A stretch of 64,000 nt of DNA from an uncultured virus (IMG/VR IMGVR_UViG_3300028569_000010) (Duplodnaviria > Heunggongvirae > Uroviricota > Caudoviricetes). This document shows, one piece after another, positions 49,119 through 57,930 of this stretch. The stretch is taken from the IMG/VR virus record IMGVR_UViG_3300028569_000010; one strand, given 5' to 3'. Under the pieces are notes generated by a model. It saw nothing but the letters and a program-made list of their open reading frames with translations, made no database searches and had not been told where the DNA came from. Numbering within the stretch: position 1 is the stretch's first letter; each line of letters opens with the position of its first letter. Made by a program: the position numbers and the translations under genes.

Positions 49119-49170
49119 ATGGCGGTTGGGGTGCATAATCTATAACTTATCCCCCAGCCGCTATCCTTTT
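49119..49170 (+). terminator. Hairpin terminator after the DUF932 gene
   Basis: atggcggttggggg...cccccagccgctat followed by cctttt. Confidence 0.6.
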
Positions 49171-49183
49171 CGCCCTCTTGACG

Positions 49184-49261
49184 TAAACCCTTGTAGCCTA
49201 AAGACTTAGAGCGAACGGGGCGCGCCGAAATCATCCTAAGTTCTTATGTAGCAAGGACTTG
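49184..49261. repeat. Element E11
   Basis: taaacccttgtagcctaaagactta-28-taagttcttatgtagcaaggacttg; overlaps TTGCGT-17-TATAAT. Confidence 0.9.
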
Positions 49262-49432
49262 CGTCAAGTCGCCAGTTTTGTTATAATGGGATGTGTGGGT
49301 ATTCTCTATTGTCTATGTGGTATAGATAACATAGAGATATTGGACAATTTTCCCTCAAGTTCAGCGGCTGTCTCAGCCGATATAATAAGGTATTGCTAGA
49401 TATTCACAGTCAGCGAAAAAGGAGATTTTTAT

Positions 49433-49660
49433 ATGCAGAATGACGCAAAAATAATTGACAATCCAGATGTATGTAATTTAGTAATGACGGAGAAGGGTAA
49501 GCCTGAAGGATATCTTATGTGTAAGGCTATGAATGTATTTGATAACAAGTATCGCGTTAACATATATAGTAAGCGCCTCGTAGATGGTATAGAGGGTAAC
49601 GCTATAAGCCACACTTATTTTGTATCTTACGCAAAGGATAAGATTAAGTTCTTGTCCTAG
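49433..49660 (+). CDS. Hypothetical protein
   Basis: AGGAG RBS; NVFDNKYRVNIY motif. Confidence 0.6.
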   Translation: MQNDAKIIDNPDVCNLVMTEKGKPEGYLMCKAMNVFDNKYRVNIYSKRLVDGIEGNAISHTYFVSYAKDKIKFLS

Positions 49661-49807
49661 CTTATCTTATAAGGTACTGCCACATGCTGATAGTCAGCGA
49701 GTTTCGCTTGACTTTAGTGTGGCCCTGTTGTATAATTATATGGTCGTGTCTTATCTAAACAAACAAAGTATTCCGTGATATCCACAGTCAGCGTATAAGG
49801 AGCTATA

Positions 49808-50236
49808 ATGAAACTAAAGCGTGGTCAAAAACTATGTAAGAGTTGTAATGGTATAAATGGTGCTAGATCACATACATGTAAACATTGTAATAAGCAATTT
49901 GAGGTACGCGGTGATACAGTACAAAAAATAAAAGTTAAACGTAAGAAAAAGGGATTTGAAAAGAGTACTGATTGGAAAACTATTAAGCTTGGTGATGTTA
50001 TATATGTTAATGGGCGCACTGGTAATTACTATATAGGACAAGATGGAAATAAAACATATACTACAGACAAGGGTGTATATACTGTTACGGATATAAAGGA
50101 CAATGGATTTTCTGTTTACGGCAAGCGTGGCTATACATACATATACATGGGTAAAGAGCGTAAGTTTCAATATCTAGATAATATGTTTCAAGCCCCCCAT
50201 AAGATATATCTTAAAAAGACTCCCGAATTGTTCTAA
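49808..50236 (+). CDS. Zinc-ribbon basic protein
   Basis: GQKLCKSCNGINGARSHTCKHC; AGGAG RBS. Confidence 0.65.
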   Translation: MKLKRGQKLCKSCNGINGARSHTCKHCNKQFEVRGDTVQKIKVKRKKKGFEKSTDWKTIKLGDVIYVNGRTGNYYIGQDGNKTYTTDKGVYTVTDIKDNGFSVYGKRGYTYIYMGKERKFQYLDNMFQAPHKIYLKKTPELF

Positions 50237-50261
50237 GTTTATATATTATGAGTCAGGATGT

Positions 50262-50579
50262 GTGCTAAAACTCCTCAAAAATAAAGGGATATTTATGAAG
50301 AAATCACAGCCAACAAAGAAGAAATTCTATTCTTACATGACAGATAGATTTGGTTATAAGTATAATAGCGAAGACGGCTATATGCTATTACTTGATTGTA
50401 TAGATAAAGCCTCTAGTTCTGATACTAAGTGTAAAGAACTTGTTGAATTGGTCTTAATGAATAAGACTGATAGACTTATTTTTAGAAATAAACTTGCTGA
50501 GAGTGGTAGAGAGTTTACTCCATTACAAGTAGATGAATACTTATCCATAGTAGAGTACGCACTAGAGAACCTACCCTAG
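50262..50579 (+). CDS. Hypothetical protein
   Basis: ORF on the coding strand; start uncertain. Confidence 0.55.
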   Translation: MLKLLKNKGIFMKKSQPTKKKFYSYMTDRFGYKYNSEDGYMLLLDCIDKASSSDTKCKELVELVLMNKTDRLIFRNKLAESGREFTPLQVDEYLSIVEYALENLP

Positions 50580-50888
50580 TACCCATACACCTACACACAC
50601 ATAGAGACATAGAAAGATAATCATAAGAGAATAATAATAATTATATGTGAGCAGCCCACATTACTTTATATTTTACCTATTAACACATCCCTATCCCCTT
50701 ATCGTCTGTATGTAGGTAGTATAGTATGTATATTCCTTTATATGTATTTATGTGTTTAATGCACTTATAGCATTAGTGTAGATCATACCTAAATTGTGTA
50801 ATCACTTATGGTTATTAACCCACAGAATGATATAATACCAAAAGAGAAAAGGGTAGAAAACCCACAAAAAAACAAAATAAGGTGAAAA

Positions 50889-51149
50889 ATGGAGAATATT
50901 AGAGAAGAAATGGATCAAGTAATTAACGCATTGGAGAGAAAAGGAGTCCACTTAAATAGTCATGTAAAAAATGATGTAACGGGGCTTGGCGATATAGTTG
51001 AGTCAACTCTTAAGACATTTGGGATAACAGAAGAGAGATTTAAGAGATGGTTCAATTTAAAAGAATGTAATTGCTCAAAAAGAAAACAGTGGTTGAATAA
51101 TCTATTCTCTTGGGAAAAAGTACATAAGAATGATAGCAATAACGCTTGA
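50889..51149 (+). CDS. Phage hypothetical protein
   Basis: GLGDIVE.T...FGI...CNC..RK..LN motif. Confidence 0.6.
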   Translation: MENIREEMDQVINALERKGVHLNSHVKNDVTGLGDIVESTLKTFGITEERFKRWFNLKECNCSKRKQWLNNLFSWEKVHKNDSNNA

Positions 51150-51735
51150 TAAAGAAATAAATGGTAATTGGCTATTACAACAAGTACACAATGAAATAAA
51201 TAAGTGTGGAACTGGGAAAGATAGAATTCTATACATAGAAATAAAGAATATAGAACAAACAATTGACGATTTTATACCTAAACTTGAATATAAGGAGAAA
51301 CATAATGGGCAAATGTCAGAACCAACACAAAATGATAATTGATTGGGAAGGTGGCTTGATTTCTGACAGACCATGTATTAATGAGGCAAGCGGTTATACT
51401 GTTGACTCATTTGGCATACTTCATTTATGTAATGAATGCTTTGAAGATGATTTTAAGCGTATACTAAACTCACAAGATTTGACGCTAGAAAAAAACTAAA
51501 GTTGCCCATTGACAGATGTCGATAATGTAGTATACTGTTGCATATACGCATACTTGAAATGGAGAAATACAATGAAGTGGATCAAGGTGAGCATAGAACT
51601 TGGTATTGACGATAAGTTGAGTGAAGATAGGGAAGAGATTGCAAAATATCTCAATAATAAACTATATATGGACCCAGAATTCTTTGGTGAATTTGGGCCA
51701 GAAAATATAGTTGAAGTAGTTGAGATGAAAGACTA

Positions 51736-52134
51736 ATGCAAAAAACAGCAACAATTGCAGTAATAAGTACAGAAAACAAACTATTAATACTACAACGTGG
51801 ATCAACAGCCCCTTGGATGCCAAATAGATATTGTTTACCGGGTGGCAAACAAGAAGAGAATGAATCTTTGAAAGAGTGTGCTGCTAGAGAACTAGAAGAA
51901 GAAACACAAATATACATAAAAAATACAGACTACTTGATACCAAGAAGAATAATATATACCCCAAGTTTTAGTAAATTAGTTTTTGTATTCAAACCATACA
52001 GTGGTAAAGTTATTCTGAATTGTGAGCATGATGATTATAAGTGGGTTACTAAAGAAGAATCTAAACAATATAAAATAGTACCTAGCTTAAAAACAACGAT
52101 AAAATATCTATACGATAACAACTTGATTGCATGA
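51736..52134 (+). CDS. NUDIX hydrolase
   Basis: PGGKQEENESLKECAARELEEETQI Nudix box; LN.EHDDYKWV. Confidence 0.9.
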   Translation: MQKTATIAVISTENKLLILQRGSTAPWMPNRYCLPGGKQEENESLKECAARELEEETQIYIKNTDYLIPRRIIYTPSFSKLVFVFKPYSGKVILNCEHDDYKWVTKEESKQYKIVPSLKTTIKYLYDNNLIA

Positions 52135-52947
52135 AAACGTTAATAAAAAAAATAGAGTTAGATTGCGAAATTATAGAAATACATCATAATCAATATGTAA
52201 AAACAAAACCATACTTGGTTAGAGTATTTAGTTACATCAACTTTGATCCAGAAGAATTACGTTTAGATGAAGAAGAAATTAAAAATCTATACAACATACT
52301 GAAAGAAAGAAATCTTATATGACTTATATATGTCAAAATTGTGATAGTACAAACATTGGATGGGATGCTTGGGTAGACCAAAATGGTGAACTATTGGCTG
52401 GCCCGTTCGATCATTGTCAGTGTATGGATTGTGGCTCTGAGGATATTGAGGATATTGAGTAGTGTATAACGTACTAAGATTCATATTCTCTTTACAATGT
52501 ATATTGGGTTCATTTGATATACTTATAGAAAAGCCAGAGTTTAGTCTACCATTTAATACAGGCTGGATTCTTATAACTGGTTTAGGTTTTTTAGCTTGTA
52601 GAAATAATAAATAATGATTAGTTTTATTATTCAAGTTGTTGCAATAGTTAAAAAGCCATTATTACCACAGATGGTTCATGATGATATGACTAGGATAATT
52701 ATCTCTATATTTGGATTGATTATAATTTCATTGATCTTATACAAGATAGCAAAATATTATGGAAATTAACACAGTAAAAAGATGAATATATTACTAGAAA
52801 AACATGAAATATTTCTTATTTTAGAAGCACTAGATTCTTATCAATTAGAAGTAGAACACGGCGAAGCCAATGGGTATGAATTTACTTGGAAAGAAAAAGA
52901 AGTAGAAAGTCTTAAGAAATTATTTGAGCGATATTTGGAGGATTAAT

Positions 52948-53295
52948 ATGGGTGCAACATTTGATTACAGGGTCTATAATAGTGATAACAGTCAAGATAT
53001 ACAAAAATCTTGGCTAAATGATCGTATAGACGTAATAAATGATTATGTAGATAATTATTTGTGTGACAATGAAGAAGCATTATATGAAGATGCTATGGAT
53101 AATATAGGATATTCTGGAGAAATCAATACGCTTGAAGAAAATATTAAGTGGATTCGCGTGACTCCATTTAGTAGTGAAAGAGAGGCAGCAGATTATATTT
53201 CAAGCAATCATAAAAAATGGGAAGACCCTATGGGTGTTCCATTTATGAATGGTGAAGATATAAACTATGCCGTTGGTGGTTGGTGTTCAATTTAA
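52948..53295 (+). CDS. Hypothetical protein
   Basis: GGAGG RBS before MGATFD. Confidence 0.55.
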   Translation: MGATFDYRVYNSDNSQDIQKSWLNDRIDVINDYVDNYLCDNEEALYEDAMDNIGYSGEINTLEENIKWIRVTPFSSEREAADYISSNHKKWEDPMGVPFMNGEDINYAVGGWCSI

Positions 53296-53308
53296 AAAGG
53301 AGAAATTT

Positions 53309-53527
53309 ATGAAGAATTTTATTTTTGCAATGATTGCTACGTTTATTTTTACTGGTAGTTCGTTTGGTGGAGAGTGTCTCAATGGCACTTGTAATCTTCG
53401 TTCTAGGACTGTGAATGTAACAAGAGAAATTGTCAATGTTCCAGTTGTAGTTACTAGGAAAGTTGTAGATACAACTCGTAATACTACAAAGCGAACAGTT
53501 AATCGCGTTCGTAATATTGTTCGTTAA
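53309..53527 (+). CDS. Small secreted peptide
   Basis: Signal peptide MKNFIFAMIATFIFTGSSFG, CLNGTC motif, basic tail. Confidence 0.6.
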   Translation: MKNFIFAMIATFIFTGSSFGGECLNGTCNLRSRTVNVTREIVNVPVVVTRKVVDTTRNTTKRTVNRVRNIVR

Positions 53528-53552
53528 ATTCTTTAAGTTAAAGGAGTAACTT

Positions 53553-53891
53553 ATGAAAACTTTGTTCTATACTTTTATATTGATGATATTTGCTACTTCG
53601 GCAATTGCATCAAACCCTATTTATAATCATAACGGTCAAACTATACAGTATAAGTATAGTACAAACACTATGATTGATCAAGATAGGTGCCAAGCAGAAG
53701 CAAACCATATGGCCGCTAATAACATTGCCGGTCATGTATGGGGAGTTATAGGTAATTTTGAAGGGGTTGGTTATGGCAATAGTCCAAATTGTCAAACTTG
53801 TACTCCCAGTTCAAATATGAGAATGACGGGAGATGCTTCGGCTTTGGGCAGAAATGGTAAATGGTATAGAGTTAGAAGTTGGCGTTATTGA
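53553..53891 (+). CDS. Secreted protein, minimal CAP/SCP-like
   Basis: Signal peptide; AEANHMAA...GH...EGVGYG...GKWYRVR resembles the CAP fold pattern. Confidence 0.5.
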   Translation: MKTLFYTFILMIFATSAIASNPIYNHNGQTIQYKYSTNTMIDQDRCQAEANHMAANNIAGHVWGVIGNFEGVGYGNSPNCQTCTPSSNMRMTGDASALGRNGKWYRVRSWRY

Positions 53892-53899
53892 AAAAAAAC

Positions 53900-53928
53900 T
53901 TGACACAGGGGTAGATGGGTAGTATACT
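53900..53928 (+). promoter_or_regulatory. Sigma70-type promoter of the tRNA cluster
   Basis: TTGACA-17-TATACT. Confidence 0.8.
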
Positions 53929-53940
53929 TGTAGTGTCAGT

Positions 53941-54013
53941 GGCCCTATCGTCTAACGGTTCAGGACTTCGGATTTTCGTTCCGAATATCGGGGTTCGAAT
54001 CCCCGTAGGGTCA
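53941..54013 (+). tRNA. tRNA-Glu(UUC)
   Basis: GGCCCTA/TAGGGTC; tcgga-ttTTCgt-tccga; GGTTCGAATCC. Confidence 0.9.
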
Positions 54014-54017
54014 TTTT

Positions 54018-54089
54018 GCCGATGTAGCACAACGGTAGTGCAATTGATTTGTAATCAATAGGTTGAAGGTTCAAATCCTTTCGTCGGCT
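54018..54089 (+). tRNA. tRNA-Thr(UGU)
   Basis: GCCGATG/CGTCGGC; attga-ttTGTaa-tcaat. Confidence 0.9.
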
Positions 54090-54201
54090 CTGTAACTAAA
54101 AATAACTTTATTATTCTTTAGTAATAACAAATTTCTTTCTACTTCAGCAAGAGATTTGGCAGCAAAAGTTAGTGACACTTTTTGTGTAGGTTAAATTCTA
54201 C

Positions 54202-54272
54202 TCCGAGATGGTGAAACGGTATCACAGTTGACTTTGGATCAATTTTTCTACGTTCGAATCGTAGTCTCGGAA
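54202..54272 (+). tRNA. tRNA-Gln(UUG)
   Basis: TCCGAGA/TCTCGGA; gttga-ctTTGga-tcaat. Confidence 0.9.
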
Positions 54273-54277
54273 CTAGA

Positions 54278-54358
54278 TGCCTCGTGGCGGAATGGTAAAC
54301 GCACTTGACTGTTAATCAAGCGTCGAAAGACATGTACGTTCGAGTCGTACCGAGGCAG
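54278..54358 (+). tRNA. tRNA-Asn(GUU) with extended variable arm
   Basis: TGCCTCG/CGAGGCA; cttga-ctGTTaa-tcaag; 13-nt variable region cGTCgaaaGACat. Confidence 0.85.
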
Positions 54359-54361
54359 TTT

Positions 54362-54446
54362 GGCTGGATGGCAGAGTGGTCTAATGCACCGGTTTACTAA
54401 ACCGACGAGGAAAAATCCTCCACAAGTTCGAATCTTGTTCCAGCCG
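54362..54446 (+). tRNA. tRNA-Ser(ACU)
   Basis: GGCTGGA/TCCAGCC with G73; cggt-ttACTaa-accg; long variable arm gagga-aaaa-tcctc. Confidence 0.85.
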
Positions 54447-54506
54447 TTTTAAGATGTTCGATTCATTGCCATATGGTGTATATATTACTACACATAGGAG
54501 ATTACA

Positions 54507-54947
54507 ATGAAACCAAAGACATTAAAAGAACAGATATTAGAACTTAAAAACCAAGGTTATTCCTACAATGAAATTAAAGAAAAGCTTGGATGTTCAAAAG
54601 CCACTATATCTTATCACGTAGGCATAGGGCAGAAAGATAAGACCAAACAAAGAACTAGGGATGGTAGAACTAAAGTAAGAAAATACTTACAAGAATATAA
54701 AGCTGGTAAGAAATGCGCGGATTGCGGAGAAAACTATCCATACTGGATTTTAGAGTTTGATCATTTAAGAGATAAAAAATTTACAATAGGACAATTTAGT
54801 TCTAAGACAGTAGATCTAGTAGTAATTAAAGAAGAAATAGAAAAATGCGATATAGTATGCTCTAACTGTCATAGAAATAGAACTTTTAATAGATTGGTTA
54901 AAGACGGGGGTGGGGTATCTTGGGAACATTGTGACTATCCAGAATAA
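54507..54947 (+). CDS. HTH-HNH endonuclease (probable homing endonuclease) within the tRNA cluster
   Basis: GYSYNEIKEKLGCSKATISYH HTH; CADCG...LEFDHL...CDIVCSNCHRNRT. Confidence 0.85.
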   Translation: MKPKTLKEQILELKNQGYSYNEIKEKLGCSKATISYHVGIGQKDKTKQRTRDGRTKVRKYLQEYKAGKKCADCGENYPYWILEFDHLRDKKFTIGQFSSKTVDLVVIKEEIEKCDIVCSNCHRNRTFNRLVKDGGGVSWEHCDYPE

Positions 54948-54951
54948 GTTA

Positions 54952-55033
54952 GGTAGATTACTCAAGTGGACAACGAGGGCAGACTGTAAATCTGCTGGCA
55001 TTGCCTTCGCTGGTTCGAATCCAGCATCTACCA
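54952..55033 (+). tRNA. tRNA-Tyr(GUA)
   Basis: GGTAGAT/ATCTACC; gcaga-ctGTAaa-tctgc; long variable arm. Confidence 0.9.
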
Positions 55034-55119
55034 GATTTTTTAAAGATCTACCTTGACACATGACGATACTGTGTTATAATGGGCGTATACACCACATTCG
55101 ATAATTTGGAGAATAACTA

Positions 55120-55581
55120 ATGGGAATGGGAAGTTTTGCGGTCAATAGTTTTGTTATTGGATATGATGATCTTAAGAAGATCTGTCCAGATGAGATTAAA
55201 TCTATTGAGCAAGAGTTGTATTTTGGTGATATTGGTTGGAATGGTATTGGTCGATGGTTGGCATGGAACGATCCTGACCAAATAGAGGATAGTATATCAG
55301 ACTCTATTGATTGTGAGGATGTAGAGGACTGTCAAAAGATTGCAGAAGAATTGGTAATTAAATATGATAAGCATATTCAAGCACTAAAAGATTCATTCTC
55401 TAACAAAACCGGCCTAACTCTATACTTTGACTCTTATGATGAGGATGGTGGGGATAGATATGATGAGCCTAATGACGAGGATGGCTGTATATTCTGTGTA
55501 GATGGCATGGTAGTATTGTCTCCTGCTGGTGAAAAGTTCAAGGATATTGTTACTGAGCGTAGATGGACACAGTTTGGATGA
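55120..55581 (+). CDS. Acidic hypothetical protein
   Basis: Promoter at 55053-55080 and GGAG RBS. Confidence 0.65.
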   Translation: MGMGSFAVNSFVIGYDDLKKICPDEIKSIEQELYFGDIGWNGIGRWLAWNDPDQIEDSISDSIDCEDVEDCQKIAEELVIKYDKHIQALKDSFSNKTGLTLYFDSYDEDGGDRYDEPNDEDGCIFCVDGMVVLSPAGEKFKDIVTERRWTQFG

Positions 55582-55835
55582 TCTGGAAAGAAATAAAAAC
55601 TTGGGCCACAAACAAAGGTTATAAAGTAGATCGTAAGTCTATTGAAGGACAAGATAAGAAATATGTCTACTCTTGGAAGTACAATGATGTAGAGGGAATT
55701 ACATACAGTACAAATGAATGCGCAACCATGATATACAATCATATGACTAATAATGAGTTTGTAGAATATCAGAAAGAGTACGAGAAAACCAAAGTAAAAG
55801 AAGATATTATTATTGCGGGTGTAACTCAATGGTAG
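55563..55835 (+). CDS. Hypothetical protein (3' end overlaps tRNA-Gly)
   Basis: Stop TAG lies inside the tRNA D arm. Confidence 0.55.
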   Translation: MDTVWMIWKEIKTWATNKGYKVDRKSIEGQDKKYVYSWKYNDVEGITYSTNECATMIYNHMTNNEFVEYQKEYEKTKVKEDIIIAGVTQW

Positions 55836-55888
55836 AGTAACTGCCTTCCAAGCAGAATACGAGGGTTCGATTCCCTCTACCCGCTCCA
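55815..55888 (+). tRNA. tRNA-Gly(UCC) with encoded CCA
   Basis: GCGGGTG/TACCCGC-T-CCA; ctgc-ctTCCaa-gcag. Confidence 0.92.
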
Positions 55889-55907
55889 ATTTTAACTAGG
55901 AGTAATT

Positions 55908-56174
55908 ATGACAGTTCAAGAATTGCGTTCGATGGGATTTAAGGTAAAGGTTCTTCACTTTAGGAAGCCTATTACTAAATATAAAGTAAGCGGTGAAAAG
56001 TATGTAGATTATTCTACACCTAGTCCAAAGGGTGGAGCAACACAGATAATTATAGATAGTCCAGATGGGCAACATTTTGAAGGTAAGGCTAAGTGTAGTG
56101 ATAATGATAACTACGATAAAAAGCTTGGCATAAGGATTGCTCTAGGTCGAGCGGGATTAAACTATAGTTTTTAG
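55908..56174 (+). CDS. Phage hypothetical protein
   Basis: G.AKCS..DNYDKKLGIRIALGRA motif; AGGAG RBS. Confidence 0.65.
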   Translation: MTVQELRSMGFKVKVLHFRKPITKYKVSGEKYVDYSTPSPKGGATQIIIDSPDGQHFEGKAKCSDNDNYDKKLGIRIALGRAGLNYSF

Positions 56175-56183
56175 GAATATTAT

Positions 56184-56504
56184 ATGCCATATATTAAAAA
56201 AGATAATCGTACTGTTTTAGATAGATATATTAATCACTTATCTGAAGCAATTAGTGATAAACATACTAATGAAGATATTATGAATATTATGGGAGATCTA
56301 AACTATAGTATTACTAGACTTTGTGCTAGTGTTATAAGTGAAAATATAACTTACTCTAAGATAGGTATGATTACTGGCGTCCTTGAAAATGTAAAACAAG
56401 AACTCTATCGTAGAATAGCAGTTCCTTACGAAGAAAATAAAGTGATTGAAAATGGCGACGTTGAAGAATTTACAAAAATAGATTTCTGGAAACACACTAC
56501 TTGA
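56184..56504 (+). CDS. Phage hypothetical protein
   Basis: MPYIK...GDLNYSITRL...GVLENVKQELYRR..PYE..K..ENGDV motif. Confidence 0.65.
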   Translation: MPYIKKDNRTVLDRYINHLSEAISDKHTNEDIMNIMGDLNYSITRLCASVISENITYSKIGMITGVLENVKQELYRRIAVPYEENKVIENGDVEEFTKIDFWKHTT

Positions 56505-56954
56505 CAAACGCCGATAGACGAGTTAGAATATGGCTATTCTGATTCGTCTACATTGGGAGGATTTATGACTATTCAAATTGATTATAATACAGCAGCAATG
56601 GAATGTGCCAGATATATTTTTGATAGTGACTGTGAACAGGTTAGTTATCAAGATTATATTCAAGAAGGAAATGATCCCAGAGAGCATATTCTGTATTGTG
56701 CGGCTGTTGTTTTGGGTGAAACAGAAGATTTTCAAGGTGATATAGACGAATACATTAAGATGGAGAATGAATACAATGAAGCAAGTGGTTCTTAGGGTTG
56801 ATGGGGGTATTGTTGATACTATTACTATTCCACAAGGGGTAGAAGTTGTTATTCGTGACTATGATATGGTTAATACTATAGATAATGAGTTGGTGCAAAC
56901 TGATGATACCGGAAAAGAGTATGTGGAAATAGTATTTGAGGAAACAGAGTACGC

Positions 56955-57713
56955 ATGATTCGCCAAAGAATTAACTACTGGTCAACTTCTAAGGTCGCGG
57001 ATTTTATTCGCGGCGAGGATAAGCCTCATGCTTTGGGCTGGCATGAATGGGATGAATGGCACAAAGATATTAAACAGAGAAAGCCTGCACGATATTGGTT
57101 GAGTGAAAAAGGACTAAATATTCTACAGAATACCATATATTACCCATACGATCTTTATCATACAATAGAGATTTATGTGCGAAATCGTTGGATAGATAAA
57201 ACTCATGTATTGAATACCGGATTAAAACCGGGACAGTATTATGAATTTGACTACAAAGTTTTGCACGGTTTATTCTATGAATTGACAGATTATGTAGAAG
57301 TAGAATTGGCCGGGATGCAAACTTGGCATAATGAAAATAAATACAATTTTGTTAAAGGAAGATGTGCGGAAGCAGGATTAGATTATTTGGAGTGGGCAAG
57401 TTCTTTAACCTATGATGACGCTTTTTTAAGAAAAAATGATAAGCGTAAGGGTAAACTTACGCCACAAGCAATATCAGCACAAAAAGTGCGTGAACTTTAT
57501 GAATGGTGGAAAATAACAAGACCCAATAGACCCGAACCTAGCGTAGTTGCTAAATATAACGAGATAGTTGGAGATACTGTACTTGATGGTAAACTTTCTG
57601 CTAAGAAACGGGCTTGTCTTACCAAAATCAACAAGATCGAAGATGGATACGAAAAAGAGGATACTGACAAACTTATCGAACTTATTAAGATAAGAAGGGA
57701 AATTTGGACATGA
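56955..57713 (+). CDS. Phage hypothetical protein
   Basis: 252 aa; ELYEWWK..RPNR...DTDKLIELIKIR..WT. Confidence 0.65.
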   Translation: MIRQRINYWSTSKVADFIRGEDKPHALGWHEWDEWHKDIKQRKPARYWLSEKGLNILQNTIYYPYDLYHTIEIYVRNRWIDKTHVLNTGLKPGQYYEFDYKVLHGLFYELTDYVEVELAGMQTWHNENKYNFVKGRCAEAGLDYLEWASSLTYDDAFLRKNDKRKGKLTPQAISAQKVRELYEWWKITRPNRPEPSVVAKYNEIVGDTVLDGKLSAKKRACLTKINKIEDGYEKEDTDKLIELIKIRREIWT

Positions 57714-57930
57714 CAAAGGTTGTTTTTGAATTTAATTTACCAGATGATCAACATGATTATGAAGTAATGAATCAGTCTAGTAAGATGCAGTCTTTTTTAT
57801 GGGATTTTAGTCAACAACTACGATCATGGTATAAATATCATCACGATTTCAAAGACGCCGATGATGCACTAGACAAGATAAGAGATGAGTTTTATCGACT
57901 ACTTAATGAACATAATGTGAATATAGACCT

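Noticed and set aside
34806..49261. The 78-bp elements as a CRISPR array
   Set aside because: Boxes are degenerate, occur in pairs separated by kilobases of genes, their spacers resemble each other, and no cas genes are present.
34806..49261. The elements as canonical integron attC sites, dif sites or IS ends
   Set aside because: No RYYYAAC/GTTRRRY cores, no XerC/D consensus, and no integrase or transposase in the window. Only the analogy is kept.
54090..54201. Possible extra tRNA between Thr and Gln (gtaggttaaattctac resembles a T arm)
   Set aside because: No acceptor stem or proper anticodon arm could be built; at most a remnant.
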